A stretch of DNA of 64,000 nucleotides from positions 5,396-69,395 of the forward strand of contig JBMCRE010000001.1 of assembly GCA_048625195.1 (NCBI GenBank), read 5' to 3'. Shown piece by piece: positions 1 to 8,924 of this stretch (positions are counted from its first letter, which is position 1; every line of letters starts with the position of its first letter). Origin of the DNA: Nanobdellota archaeon (lineage in GTDB: Archaea; Nanobdellota; Nanobdellia; Woesearchaeales; UBA583). Made by a program: the position numbers and the translations under genes. The notes under the pieces are model-generated. The model was given only the letters and a program-made list of their open reading frames with translations, did no database searches and was not told where the DNA came from.

Positions 1-1304
1 TGTGAAGGTGCTTTGAATTTTTTAGTGTTTATAGAAAAAGAAAACATTTTTAAAAATTCAATCCATTTATTTATTTCTCTTATATTTTCAACATTAATTG
101 TAGTTCCGTTTTTTAGTTGTACATATTTTCTACTTTTTAACATTAGTTGTTTTACAAATTCTAAATCAAAATATTCATCTCCTATTTTAAATTTTAATGT
201 AAATTCTAATAAATTTAATTTTTTATCTAAATTAGTGTCTAAAATAAAACTTGCTTTATCATTTTTCAATTTTAATTCTTGACCATGTTTGTAATTAATT
301 TCTAATAATTTTTGAGCATTTGGTAATACTTTATTGACAAAATTATTTAATTGAAAAATAGGAAGTACGATTTTAAATGGTCCTTTTATATATCTTCTAT
401 ATGTAATTAGACTATTTTTAAAAATATCTTCGAATATGTCTTCACTAAGCTCTTCATTGCTAACATATTTAATTAATTCATTGTTCTCTTTTATGATTTT
501 TATCAAACTAGTTTTGTCTAACCAGTCTTTAGTATCTAAATATTTATAATCATCTATCTTGTATGTTTTATTCCCAATTTTATATTTTAATTCTACAACA
601 ATAAAATGATTAGTTTTATCTACTTCTAAAATATTTTTTGCAACCTTTTCTTTTATATTTAGTTGTTGTAAATTTTTAATGTCTTGTGATATTATAGTAT
701 TATGTTCTTTTTCTAGAGTATTTAGATATTTTTTCTCAAATTCAAAAAAAAAATCAATTGAAATATTATAAGATTTCAATAAAAGATTTTGGTAAAAATT
801 TGAGTCTAGTAAATTTGAAAGTTTATATATTTTATTTTCGTTTTTTTTATATATAAATGCTTTATCTAAACCAAATATAAAGTTTTTATCATCGTGTAAA
901 ATAAATTGTATTTCTCCATGTTTATCAATTTTTAATTCAATTTTTAACTTATAATTTTTATTTAAGAATTGAACATGTTTTTTATTATACAATATTTTGA
1001 ATGAACTATTGGTTAAATGTGCAAAAAAAAAATCAAAATCGTTTAATACCTGATAATATGCTTGAGTTTGTGAGAGTTTATGTATAATATAATTTAACAT
1101 AGTGTGGTCGTCTTTAGATAGAAAATTTTCATTTTCATTTAATTGTAATATAGATTGTATTTCAATACAATTTAATCTTTCATTGTTAATTGAACAAAAG
1201 AAATATAACTTGTTTTCTATATGTTCAAAGTTATAAACTAGTTTGTTAAATTTTTTTATTGACTCTTTTATGTTTTTGTATTTATTTGTTGATATATTTG
1301 ACAT
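1..1304 (-). CDS. Partial (runs off window) large protein, possibly the N-terminal region of a bacterial-type SNF2 helicase
   Basis: Hand translation from ATG at 1304 (MSNISTNKYKNIKES...) stays open for 434 codons to the window edge and is not in the ORF track. The segment LMLKSRKYVQLKNGTTINVENIREINKWIEFL resembles the SNF2-associated region; helicase motifs would lie outside the window. Confidence 0.55.
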   Translation of the reverse strand, partial: MSNISTNKYKNIKESIKKFNKLVYNFEHIENKLYFFCSINNERLNCIEIQSILQLNENENFLSKDDHTMLNYIIHKLSQTQAYYQVLNDFDFFFAHLTNSSFKILYNKKHVQFLNKNYKLKIELKIDKHGEIQFILHDDKNFIFGLDKAFIYKKNENKIYKLSNLLDSNFYQNLLLKSYNISIDFFFEFEKKYLNTLEKEHNTIISQDIKNLQQLNIKEKVAKNILEVDKTNHFIVVELKYKIGNKTYKIDDYKYLDTKDWLDKTSLIKIIKENNELIKYVSNEELSEDIFEDIFKNSLITYRRYIKGPFKIVLPIFQLNNFVNKVLPNAQKLLEINYKHGQELKLKNDKASFILDTNLDKKLNLLEFTLKFKIGDEYFDLEFVKQLMLKSRKYVQLKNGTTINVENIREINKWIEFLKMFSFSINTKKFKAPS

Positions 1305-1501
1305 TTTATTTTTAAAATTATATAATTTCTATATTATTGTAGGTAACTATATTGACACTAATTAATACGCATTTATAAGTTTTGGGTAGAAAAAAATAAA
1401 TTTCTTAGTACTTATTTTCAAATATTATAAAAAAAATATTGAGAAATAAATTATGATAACAATGTACATTAATATGATAAATAATTATGAGAATAAAAAA
1501 G

Positions 1502-3373
1502 TTATTTTAAAATAGCTTTTATTCTACGAACTCCTGAAGAGCTACTTTGTTCTTTAATAATTTTAAAAGTGCCTAAGTCTTTTATATTATCAACATGAGG
1601 ACCACCACAAATTTCTTTGGAATAATTTCCAATTTTATAAATAGATACTTTTTGAGGATATCTTTCCCAGAAATCTGCAATAACACCACTTTTTTTGGCA
1701 TCTTCTTTGTCCATTTCATGTTTTTCAACTTTTGCTCCTTGTTGAATTGCATTATTTATCCACTCTTCGATTTTTATTTTTTCTTCATTAGTTAAAGCTC
1801 TATCAAAGTTAAAATCAAATCTTAATCTTTTATCTGTAATATTTGATCCTTTTTGTCTTATTTGGTTTGATTTTAAAACTTTTTGTATTGCAGATAATAG
1901 TAAATGTGTTGCCGTGTGATATTTTTTATTGATTAAAGAGCTGTCTGCAAGACCTGCTTTGAATTTTTTTTCTGATCCAATTCTTGATAATTCTTGATGT
2001 TTTTTTAATTCTTTTTTAAAATCATTTTCAATATTTTCATGGATTTTAATGTTTTTTTCTTTTGCAACTTCTAATGTAATTTCTTTTGGATATCCATAGG
2101 TTTGTAGTAAGTTAAAAACTTCAATTCCAGTTAATTCTTTATTAATTAATTTTTCAATTTCTTTTTCTCCTTTAATTAAGGTTTTTTGAAATTTTTTTTC
2201 TTCTTGTTCTAATTGTTCTAGTATTTTACTTTTATTATCTAATAATTCAATATAAGTATTTTTATATGTTGCAATTACAGTTTTAGCAAGTTGTTTTGTG
2301 AAATTTTCTTTAATACCTAATTTATATCCGAATCTTATTGCTCTTCTAATTAATCTTCTTGTGAAGTAGCCTTGATCTTTATTTGATGGACAAACACCAT
2401 CTGCAATTAAAAATGTAGACGCACGAATATGATCCATTATTATTCTAAATAATCTTGTATCTGAATCATTTATGCCATATTTTTTTTTAGATAATTCTTC
2501 TAATTTTTTTCTTGTGAGTTCAAATAAATCGCCCATAAAAACATCAGGATTATCTATTACAGCAACTGATAATCTTTCTAGTCCACCGCCAAAATCTATA
2601 TTCTTACCACTTAACTCTTCAAAACCATCTTTGGTTTTTTTATATTGCATAAAAACATTATTTCCAATTTCTAAAAATCTACCACAATCACATGCAGGGT
2701 GACATGGACTATTTTTATATTTTGAATTTTCATGAAGTTTTAAATGTGCTCCAAAATCCCAAAACATTTCTGAGTCGGGTCCGCCTGGCTCTCCAATTGG
2801 CATATTTTCTGGGACTCCTGCTCTTGACCACCAATTTTCTTTTTCATTATAATAAAAAATTCTTCCACCTTGCATTCCATTTTTTTCTGCCATATCGACT
2901 GCTTTGGCATCAATTTTGTATTTTTTAAATTCTTTTTGCCAAATTTCAACAGCTTCTTCATCGCGAGGAATTCCAAATTTTTTGTTTCCTCTGTATACTG
3001 AAACATAAATTCTTTTAGGATCAAGATGTAATTCTTTAGTTAAAAATTCAAATATCCAAGTTATTTGTTCTTTTTTAAAATAATCTGCTAATGACCAATT
3101 ACCAAGCATTTCAAAAAAAGTTGTATGTCTATTATCTCCAATAGAGTCATCATCGTCTAATTCTCCTGCACGAAAACATTTTTGAGAATCAACAATACGA
3201 TTTCCCATAGGATGTTTTTCTCCTAATAAATATGGAACCATTGGTTGCATTCCAGAACCAGTAAATAAGGTAGTTGGGTCATTTTCTGGAACAAGAGGAG
3301 CAGACTGGATAATAGCATGTCCTTTGCTTTGAAAAAACTGTAAATATTTTTCTCTTATATCATTTGTTTTCAT
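1502..3373 (-). CDS. alaS: Alanine--tRNA ligase (short form lacking the C-Ala domain)
   Basis: TTLFTGSGMQP, QKCFR, RHTTFFEMLGNWS..DYFK, EIGNNVFMQY, IDFGGGLERL; editing motifs HTATH and EICGGPH; ends at GVRRIKAILK. Confidence 0.96.
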   Translation of the reverse strand: MKTNDIREKYLQFFQSKGHAIIQSAPLVPENDPTTLFTGSGMQPMVPYLLGEKHPMGNRIVDSQKCFRAGELDDDDSIGDNRHTTFFEMLGNWSLADYFKKEQITWIFEFLTKELHLDPKRIYVSVYRGNKKFGIPRDEEAVEIWQKEFKKYKIDAKAVDMAEKNGMQGGRIFYYNEKENWWSRAGVPENMPIGEPGGPDSEMFWDFGAHLKLHENSKYKNSPCHPACDCGRFLEIGNNVFMQYKKTKDGFEELSGKNIDFGGGLERLSVAVIDNPDVFMGDLFELTRKKLEELSKKKYGINDSDTRLFRIIMDHIRASTFLIADGVCPSNKDQGYFTRRLIRRAIRFGYKLGIKENFTKQLAKTVIATYKNTYIELLDNKSKILEQLEQEEKKFQKTLIKGEKEIEKLINKELTGIEVFNLLQTYGYPKEITLEVAKEKNIKIHENIENDFKKELKKHQELSRIGSEKKFKAGLADSSLINKKYHTATHLLLSAIQKVLKSNQIRQKGSNITDKRLRFDFNFDRALTNEEKIKIEEWINNAIQQGAKVEKHEMDKEDAKKSGVIADFWERYPQKVSIYKIGNYSKEICGGPHVDNIKDLGTFKIIKEQSSSSGVRRIKAILK

Positions 3374-3509
3374 TATAATAATAAGATAATGTAAAGATTT
3401 TATAAAATTATTGATATTGATTTGATTTTTAAAGAAAATAACATATTTAAATATATTTTATTTGATTTTAATTAGATTAAAGATTTTATTAATTAATTTA
3501 AATTAAGTA

Positions 3510-3695
3510 CTAATATAATTCTAAAATCTCAGCACTAACTGCTGCTTTTCCACCTCTTGGTACAGCAATAAGTTCATTGCAATCTTTGTTTAAACAATAT
3601 ACTTTAGTAGATGCTCTACCAAATATAACCTGTTCGTTACCACATTTATGGCATTTAATTTTAATAAATCCTGATTTTTTTTTGCTATTATCCAT
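3510..3695 (-). CDS. rps27e: 30S ribosomal protein S27e
   Basis: FIKIKCHKCGNEQVIFGRASTKVYC...C..LIAVPRGGKA zinc ribbon. Confidence 0.93.
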   Translation of the reverse strand: MDNSKKKSGFIKIKCHKCGNEQVIFGRASTKVYCLNKDCNELIAVPRGGKAAVSAEILELY

Positions 3696-3696
3696 T

Positions 3697-4098
3697 TTAT
3701 CTGTATGATTTTTGTCTCTTTGATCTTGCTTTTGAATTTCCTGGTTTATACATTTCTTTAAATCTAGTATCTGTTACTAATAGACTTCTATCGTATTCTA
3801 ACATTTTTTTCTTTAAATTGTCATCTTGAGTGATTTCAATTAATGCTTTTGCAATTGCTTGCCTTATAGCATCTACTTGTGAATTTTGACCTCCACCTAA
3901 TACATTAACTTTTATGTCATATTTGTTTTGAGAATCTGCTAATATTAGTGGTTCGTTAAGTTTTAATTGTAATAAGTTATTACTAACATAAGAGTTATGT
4001 TTTTGATTGTTAATATAAAATTCTCCTTTTCCTTTTTTTAAAACTGCTCTTGCAACTGCTGTTTTTCTTCTTCCTGTTTTTAATACTGCCTTTACCAT
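3697..4098 (-). CDS. rps9: 30S ribosomal protein S9
   Basis: GRRKTAVARA, GGGQNSQVDAIRQAIAKAL, C-terminal ARSKRQKSYR. Confidence 0.97.
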   Translation of the reverse strand: MVKAVLKTGRRKTAVARAVLKKGKGEFYINNQKHNSYVSNNLLQLKLNEPLILADSQNKYDIKVNVLGGGQNSQVDAIRQAIAKALIEITQDDNLKKKMLEYDRSLLVTDTRFKEMYKPGNSKARSKRQKSYR

Positions 4099-4099
4099 T

Positions 4100-4552
4100 T
4101 TATTTTGACTTATTGTATCCTAATTTTTGACTGATATCTCCAACTTTAGTATAATAAAATACTGAATCATTATTTATTTTCACATTATCAAAATTTGCTT
4201 TTTGAGCATTAATTAGTGTACTAGGAGTTGAGTTATAACATTTGAGTCTTTTAAATGCTTCTGCACCTCTTTTATTTTTGTAAGGAAGCATATTTCGAAA
4301 TGCTCTTTTTACAATATCAGCAGGGCTTCTTGAATAATAAGGTCCTTGTTTGATAACTTTATTTGTTAATTTATTTTTATATTTTTCAAATAAATAATTT
4401 TTTCTTCCTAGTATAACAATATCTTTACAATTTACAATTTTGATATTTTCTCCTAATAGTAATTTTTTTGATATTTCACTTGCTAGTCTGCCTAGTATTA
4501 GATCTGTACCATCTATGATTGTTATATTTTCATCTTTAATTTCTTTTTTCAT
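4100..4552 (-). CDS. rpl13: 50S ribosomal protein L13
   Basis: IDGTDLILGRLASEISKKLL, GPYYSRSP..IVKRAFRNMLPYK..RG. Confidence 0.96.
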   Translation of the reverse strand: MKKEIKDENITIIDGTDLILGRLASEISKKLLLGENIKIVNCKDIVILGRKNYLFEKYKNKLTNKVIKQGPYYSRSPADIVKRAFRNMLPYKNKRGAEAFKRLKCYNSTPSTLINAQKANFDNVKINNDSVFYYTKVGDISQKLGYNKSK

Positions 4553-4563
4553 TTTTAATACCT

Positions 4564-5157
4564 CTACAATTGTTCCTCTAATTTTGTTATTTTGTCTATG
4601 ATTATCTCAATTGCCTTATTATATATTACTTTTGGCTCTAATTGCCCAAAAGGTTCTATAATTAATTCTAGTTTGTCATCTGTTTCTTGTAGATAAGAAT
4701 GTGCTGGTGACCATTTTGCATGTTCTTTTCCTTGTCCTAATATTGCTCTTAAATTTAAATCTAATTGATGATTTTTAAAAAGTTTAGTAATAGGAATTTC
4801 ATTATCTACTGGAACAATTTGAGGATCATCAGATTTTATAGAACAAGAATAAACAAATCCTGGTTCATTTTGTTTTAATGACATCTTAACCTCGCACATT
4901 GCACAGCCTACTCCACCACAACTACATTGACTTTTGAAATTATAGCTTTGAATATCTGTAGTTAATGGAATTAATCCTAACCTTTGTGCAATAGTTTCAT
5001 CATAAAGAGGAGATTCATTTTTAATAACTTCTACTTCTTCAATTGCAATTGTTGGAACTTCTTCTAATATAATTCTTCGAATTGAATTTACAATAGTATT
5101 GTATCCTTTTTCAAATGTAATAAATGCTTTGTTATTTTTTTGAGTGAATTCGACCAT
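4564..5157 (-). CDS. rpoD: DNA-directed RNA polymerase subunit D (Rpo3), short form
   Basis: NSIRRIILEEVPTIAI, LYDETIAQRLGLIPL, CSCGGVGCAMC, GKEHAKWSP, IEPFGQL; position in the S13-S4-S11 operon. Confidence 0.95.
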   Translation of the reverse strand: MVEFTQKNNKAFITFEKGYNTIVNSIRRIILEEVPTIAIEEVEVIKNESPLYDETIAQRLGLIPLTTDIQSYNFKSQCSCGGVGCAMCEVKMSLKQNEPGFVYSCSIKSDDPQIVPVDNEIPITKLFKNHQLDLNLRAILGQGKEHAKWSPAHSYLQETDDKLELIIEPFGQLEPKVIYNKAIEIIIDKITKLEEQL

Positions 5158-5165
5158 TTTGGATT

Positions 5166-5594
5166 TTAAACTCTTCTACCTCTTCTACCTGATTTTTTTC
5201 TACAACTATCATGTGGTACTGGTGTTACATCTTCAATTCTTCCTAACTTTATACCATTTCTTGTAAGCATTCTAATTGCAGCTTGAGCTCCTGGACCAGG
5301 TGTCATTGGTCCATTGTGTCCACCAACACCTCTTAATTTGACATATAAGGCATTAATGTTTGATTTTTTACATCCTTCTGCAATCTCTTTTGCAGCTGCC
5401 ATAGCTACATTAGGTGTTGCTCTTAGTCTGTCTGACTTGGAAACCATACCACCTGTGACTTTTACAAGCGTTTCTGAACCAGTTATGTCTGTAACATGAA
5501 GATGAGTATTGTTATATGACGAATAAATATGTATAATCCCCCAGTTTAATATATTTTCTTTATTTTCTTGTTTTTGTTCTTCTTTTTGTGCCAT
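5166..5594 (-). CDS. rps11: 30S ribosomal protein S11
   Basis: [49 protein letters not shown]. Start moved to ATG 5594, which has an upstream GAGGT. Confidence 0.96.
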   Translation of the reverse strand: MAQKEEQKQENKENILNWGIIHIYSSYNNTHLHVTDITGSETLVKVTGGMVSKSDRLRATPNVAMAAAKEIAEGCKKSNINALYVKLRGVGGHNGPMTPGPGAQAAIRMLTRNGIKLGRIEDVTPVPHDSCRKKSGRRGRRV

Positions 5595-5595
5595 T

Positions 5596-6231
5596 TTATT
5601 CAATTACCTCAGAAATTTCTTCATCATCAAGTTTAGCTTCTTTTTTGTCAAAATCTTCTTCTTTTTTGTTTAGAGGAATTTTTTCCATTTCTTCAACTTC
5701 AACCATACCACCACTTGCTAAAACCCTTTCAGGATGACTTTCATTATTTAGAGAAGATTCATTTTTAAATTTAATTAGAGGTTCTTCTAATAGTGAGACT
5801 GTATATGAGGGTGAATTTACACATTGATTCCCAACTAGAACATGTCCATGTACAATAAATTGTCTTGATTGTGCTGGAGTTCTTGCCATTTTGTTTTTAT
5901 ATAAGATATTAGATAATCTTCTATCTAAAATATCTCTTATTTGAATATCTAAAACTTCATCTAGAGATTGGGCGCTTGGGTCTAAAAAGCCTAGAGTTTT
6001 TAATTTTTCAATGAATTGTTTTGCTTCATCACTTTGTTTGGTTTGTATATTAGTATTTAACGATTTTGCAATTTTTTTGTAATTAGATAATTTTAATTCT
6101 ACTTTTCTTATAGCTTTTTTATTCTTTAACGAATAGTCATTCATTAAAATTGATTCGTCTTCAATAGTTTTTTTATCCCATCTTTTTTTATGAGATATGA
6201 ATTTTTTCCTATGTTTTTTTGCTAATCCCAT
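5596..6231 (-). CDS. rps4: 30S ribosomal protein S4
   Basis: [41 protein letters not shown]; acidic C-terminal tail. Confidence 0.95.
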   Translation of the reverse strand: MGLAKKHRKKFISHKKRWDKKTIEDESILMNDYSLKNKKAIRKVELKLSNYKKIAKSLNTNIQTKQSDEAKQFIEKLKTLGFLDPSAQSLDEVLDIQIRDILDRRLSNILYKNKMARTPAQSRQFIVHGHVLVGNQCVNSPSYTVSLLEEPLIKFKNESSLNNESHPERVLASGGMVEVEEMEKIPLNKKEEDFDKKEAKLDDEEISEVIE

Positions 6232-6233
6232 TT

Positions 6234-6707
6234 TTATTTGTTACCATTTAGTTTTTTTGATTTCATGGCTGCATACATTTTATTTTTTCTAAAGTTTGAC
6301 TTTGTTCTTTGACCTCTTAGAGTAACTCCAGCTTTTCTTCTTTGAGATTTATATGTTTTAAGCTTTGCAAATCTTCTTGTATTTTGTAATAATAAGAAGT
6401 CTATATCTTTAGATACATAGTGCAGATCTTCTCCAGTTTCTAATTCTTTTCTATTGTTTAATAACCATGTAGGTATTCCTACTTTTTTTGGATTACTTAA
6501 AAAAGATTCAATTTTTTCTACTTCTTCATCTGTTAGAGTATATATCTTTCTAGTTTTGTCAAATTTTAAAACATTACATAAAGCATTTGATAACATTACA
6601 TTAACGCCTTTAATTTGTGTAAAACCATACAGTAATGAATAAGTACCTTTAATGTCAGTATTAATAATTCTTATTTGTTCTACTTGTGATTCTTGAGTTT
6701 TAGCCAT
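6234..6707 (-). CDS. rps13: 30S ribosomal protein S13
   Basis: IRIINTDI.G, IKGV, IPTWLLN.RKELETGEDLH, LRGQRTKSNFR. Likely start ATG 6707, downstream of a TTTATAAA box. Confidence 0.94.
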   Translation of the reverse strand: MAKTQESQVEQIRIINTDIKGTYSLLYGFTQIKGVNVMLSNALCNVLKFDKTRKIYTLTDEEVEKIESFLSNPKKVGIPTWLLNNRKELETGEDLHYVSKDIDFLLLQNTRRFAKLKTYKSQRRKAGVTLRGQRTKSNFRKNKMYAAMKSKKLNGNK

Positions 6708-7082
6708 CTTGCTAATTATAGAAAAATCAAAAAGCATTTATAAAGATTTGCTAGTCTATTCCTTTATATACTGTTTGTTACTACTACTAGTGTATTTGAA
6801 TCAATATAAAACTTAAATCATTTATCTTTGTTAATATTTAATTTTACAAATCTTTTTATGATATAGTAATGGTTTTTATAATAATAATAAGTGTTGTAAT
6901 AAATGTTTTCATATAATTATATAACTACATAATTTAGTAATAAAAAATGAAAAATGAAAATGTTTAAAAACTTCACATTAAATTTTATTCTTATTAATAC
7001 TTTATTAATATTTATATATTAATTAGATTTTATATATTAATATTAATTAAATTAATTATTAATAACTTGTGAAATTATACAA

Positions 7083-7721
7083 ATGAAAGAATCTGATGAG
7101 AAAAATTTTAATAATAAAAAAAATTATTACAAAAATAATGATAATGTATCTAATCAAAATTTTCGTAAAATAAGTAATAAATTTGATTTTCAAAATAAAT
7201 ATTTTTATATTCTATTTAGATATTTATTATTAATATTTTTAATATTTTTTTTTCAAACTGATTTTTTTAATAATATATTAATTGTAATTTTTACATTTAT
7301 ATCTTATTTTCTTTTAAAGAATGTTACACAAGTTGAATTATTAGAAAATTCCTTATTAATTAATAATGAGTATTTATTTTTGATAGTGGAGGAATGTATT
7401 GCACCTAGTGCTTATATATTTATTAGTTTAATATTTTTATCGATTCCAATTGAGATGAAAAATATCTTTAACATTTTAATCAGGTCAATTATATTATTTT
7501 CTTTTATTAATTTTATAAGGATTTTTCTTTTGATGTTAACACATATATACTATGGTGTTATTTTATTTGAAAAACTGCATATGATATTTTATGAAATAGT
7601 GAGTGGAATTATATTATTTTTTATTATAATTTATTATTTAAAAAAAGAAAAAATTAGAAAAAAATATCCTTTTATTTCAGATATTCAAAGGTTAATTTTT
7701 TCTTTTAGGAAAAAAGATTAA
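7083..7721 (+). CDS. Archaeosortase/exosortase-family membrane protein (pacearchaeosortase-like)
   Basis: Multi-TM protein with the Cys/Arg/His triad pattern: IVEECIAPSAY, INFIRI, FEKLH; C-terminal YPFISD. Confidence 0.75.
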   Translation: MKESDEKNFNNKKNYYKNNDNVSNQNFRKISNKFDFQNKYFYILFRYLLLIFLIFFFQTDFFNNILIVIFTFISYFLLKNVTQVELLENSLLINNEYLFLIVEECIAPSAYIFISLIFLSIPIEMKNIFNILIRSIILFSFINFIRIFLLMLTHIYYGVILFEKLHMIFYEIVSGIILFFIIIYYLKKEKIRKKYPFISDIQRLIFSFRKKD

Positions 7722-7752
7722 TTTTATAATTTATTAAATAATTGTTATATTA

Positions 7753-8163
7753 ATGGATGAGAATTTAAATTATCAAGAACGAGAATTATATATGCAAGAA
7801 TTAATGGATAATTATAATAATCCTAGAAATTTTGGAGTAATCAAAGATGATTGTTTTATTATTAAGAAAAAAAATACAACTTGTGGAGATTCATTTGATT
7901 TATATGTTCAATTAAATAATAGTAATTTAATAAAAGATATTAAATTTAATGGAGAAGGATGTGCAATTTCTACTGCTTCTTTTTCATTATTAACTCAAAA
8001 AATAAAAGGATTAAAAATTGAAGATGTAAAAAAGATAAATGAGAAAGATATAAAAAAAATGATAGGAATACCTATTAGTTATTCGCGACTTAATTGTGCA
8101 ATGTTGTCATTTAATGCTTTACAAGAATTTATTGATAAATATAATTTAAGAGATAACAAATAA
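7753..8163 (+). CDS. Fe-S cluster scaffold / SufU-IscU family protein
   Basis: NPRNFG, NTTCGD, FNGEGCAISTAS, SRLNCAML: three conserved Cys. Confidence 0.92.
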   Translation: MDENLNYQERELYMQELMDNYNNPRNFGVIKDDCFIIKKKNTTCGDSFDLYVQLNNSNLIKDIKFNGEGCAISTASFSLLTQKIKGLKIEDVKKINEKDIKKMIGIPISYSRLNCAMLSFNALQEFIDKYNLRDNK

Positions 8164-8205
8164 TCTGTTTAGTATTATGTTGTAAATTGTTATATTATTA
8201 AATAT

Positions 8206-8783
8206 TCAAGGATATAAATCAGTTTTGTACGATGTCATTCCTCTTGGCATGGTAAATTTTATAGGAACATTAGTGTTTTTCTTAATATATCTGGTATTTA
8301 TTATTACATAATCATTTTCATTGATTTCATATCCTAGAGGTAATTGAAATTTTAATTCAATTACATCATCTGTATTTATATAGTTTTGTTTGAATTTTTT
8401 TCCTTTGTTGCTATAATTATAAGTGTAAGTATTTTGATCTAGTGTATTACCTGCTTTATAAGTGATAGTTTGAATTTTAGATGTTTGTAATTCAATTATT
8501 ATATCTTCAAAAAAAATTTCTACTGAGTCTTTATCTAATCTTGCCATAATACTAATATTATCTTGGCCTCCATCTATCTTGCCATTTTGAGTACCTACAA
8601 CATATACCCCAAATATTTCAAAATCACTTGAAAATTGATTATTCACTTGTTTTTTCGCATTTAGACCATCTTGTACTAAAATAAAACCAAATTCAATCAT
8701 TGTTAAAAAATAAAGACTGACAAAATTAAAGCAACCATAAATAGAATTAAACTATCATGACCTGCTTTTTTAGATTTAATCAT
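8206..8783 (-). pseudogene. Archaellin/type IV pilin-like gene split by a 1-nt frameshift at the A6 tract 8705-8710
   Basis: ATG 8783 gives MIKSKKAGHDSLILFMVALILSVFIF then TAA. One extra base in the tract joins it to ORF 8206-8700 (...FLTMIEFGFILVQDGLNAKKQVNNQFSSDFEIFGVY), giving an archaellin-like N-terminus. Confidence 0.65.
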
Positions 8784-8924
8784 AATTTTTTTAAAAATTG
8801 TTATTATTAACCTAATTTGTATTAATTAATTAGAAGTTACATGCTTATTATTATCATAAAAAATATAAAAAGTATAAGCTGGTATTTTTAATTAATTAAA
8901 ATTTCAATATTATAAAAATCAAGT

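Noticed and set aside
13..282. Plus-strand 89-aa ORF and other short antisense or nested ORFs (e.g. 1595, 2472, 2692, 2740, 5314, 6454, 8977, 11351, 15464, 16595, 17318, 19754, 28066, 30535, 37894, 40392, 42695, 44222, 45632, 46100, 48565, 49078, 53386, 57612)
   Set aside because: Shadows of longer well-supported genes, with F/L/I/S-rich composition typical of antisense frames in AT-rich DNA.
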